NCBI GenBank assembly: GCA_052426225.1
Contig: JBNJNM010000006.1
Location: forward strand, 2,728,001-2,792,000
Reading direction: 5' to 3'
DNA length: 64,000 nt
Origin: Zancudomyces culisetae HAW-14-8
Taxonomy: Eukaryota; Fungi; Kickxellomycota
A model generated the notes under the pieces. It was not told the origin of the DNA. It made no database searches and worked only from the letters and a program-made list of their open reading frames with translations. The position numbers were made by a program, and so were the translations under genes. Shown here in pieces: positions 62,696 through 64,000 of this stretch (position 1 is the first letter of the stretch; the number at the start of each line of letters is the position of its first letter).

Positions 62696-63612
62696 ATATA
62701 TTTTAAATAGAATAGCCATGTTTATATAAGAGTTTTAATTCTTGTCACAACATAAACACTGAGCTATTCTTACCCAAGCTTAAGCATTTACATTGTAATT
62801 CGTTCCACATGCTCATAGTTAATGCAACACAGAACGCTTAGCTTGAATCATAATGGAGAAGTTCGAAATGAATCCTTAAATTCGTATGTCTTTTGCAAGA
62901 GTAATTCATAGTGACACTAGTTTGGAGAGGGAGAGCTTGTAATGTTTTGGTGCAATACTTAACTAACGTTGTACTTGAGCTATGTAATTATGAGCTCTAT
63001 CATATATCTAGTGTTTAAAGAGTATATTGCAGATATATATACGCTTGTTAATAGAAAAGAAAATTAAAAAACAAATATATATCTTATCATATAACACACA
63101 GCACTTTAAATAACTTATTCAAGAACATCATCTCCAACCTATAAACACTTTTGAACTGATTTACAACGTATTTCCATATTCCAAAAATATACGACTGGAG
63201 GCAAGTAAACAAAAAACAAGTAAAAATAACCGGGTAATACTCTATATATTGTTTTAGGTTTGTGATCCAGAAATATATTGAACTTTTATTGGAGGCTGGG
63301 CTTTTATTTACTACGAAAACTTTACAAGCCACCCAATAGTATTTATACCAAATATAAATGGTACAAAGCATAAGTCTGCATTGGCTTTACTGTCCTGGAA
63401 ATTCACCCAAAATGTGTTACTACCCTAGGTGATATTCTCCAGGATACTTTTTCTATACTTAAAAGTTGTAGGCTTGTGTTTAATAATAATAAAAAACAGT
63501 ATTTCATGAAAACCACACAATTCATTGTTGTTTAAACATCATCGCTAATATCTATATAATAACCTCGGTTTTCGTATTATTTGAAAGCAATTGTCAACCA
63601 GAATATACAAAT

Positions 63613-64000
63613 ATGGATCTTTCATTTATATCGAAACAGAAGACTAAAAAACAAGATGAAGAGTTGAAGGATGATCAACCTTTAGAAGAGACTATCCAAG
63701 TGAAACAGCTATCCTCGTACGAGACGCTCTTTGACAGTGAAGGTGCTCCAACAATAAAAATAAGAGAAGACGACATTTTAGGCCCAATTTTGATGTATGT
63801 CGACTTGGATTTGTACACTGGAACGTGGAAAGGAAGCGTACTGCTACTGGTGCCCATTTCTGTACAAACGCCAACAGTAGAGTTTTACGATTCTCAATGT
63901 AACAGCAAGTTTATGGGTAGCCCAGTTAAGATAGGACAATATCAACAGTCGGTGTTTTATAGATACGATTTTTCGGTACCATTAGATGACTCTATTGACA
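63613..64000 (+). CDS. Second PhoD-like paralog, N-terminus (runs off the window edge)
   Basis: Open frame MDLSF...ILGPILMYVDLDL..WKGSVLLLVP..PTVEFYD..KIG..FYRYD aligns with the N-terminus of 59741..61576. Confidence 0.85.
   Translation, partial: MDLSFISKQKTKKQDEELKDDQPLEETIQVKQLSSYETLFDSEGAPTIKIREDDILGPILMYVDLDLYTGTWKGSVLLLVPISVQTPTVEFYDSQCNSKFMGSPVKIGQYQQSVFYRYDFSVPLDDSID

Overview
AT-rich eukaryotic DNA with GT..AG introns and fungal-type genes. An early-diverging fungus such as Kickxellomycotina/Harpellales is plausible but is inference only. The window has two domains. (1) About 1-30 kb is a gene-free nest of retroelements: several Ty3/gypsy chromoviruses (one with an intact pol), solo LTRs with 5-bp target-site duplications (TSDs), a miniature TRIM-like derivative, LINE fragments, a decayed DIRS tyrosine-recombinase element and a possible hAT fossil. 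(2) About 30.5-64 kb is gene-dense: GPI10/PIG-B, mitochondrial uL2, a Cys-rich GPI-type protein, an Aven-like gene, an alpha-arrestin, DUF1764, an ADC lyase-like gene, a 1528-aa Med16-like protein, RMI1, Elongin C, a Sel1/Chs4-like protein, a mitochondrial HMG-box protein and two head-to-head PhoD-like paralogs. The best candidate for an undescribed system is a ~230-nt GC-rich multi-helix RNA element in the 3' UTR of a short-LTR chromovirus, retained by its ~950-bp non-coding miniature derivative. Other notable signals are two -1 frameshift cassettes (one pseudoknot), a (Glu-Pro)-rich Gag-Pol linker, Tf1-like self-priming sites, hairpin-ended LTRs, a G/C skew inversion inside one gene and a tail-to-tail RMI1/ELC1 CDS overlap. 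All alignments and folds were done by eye.
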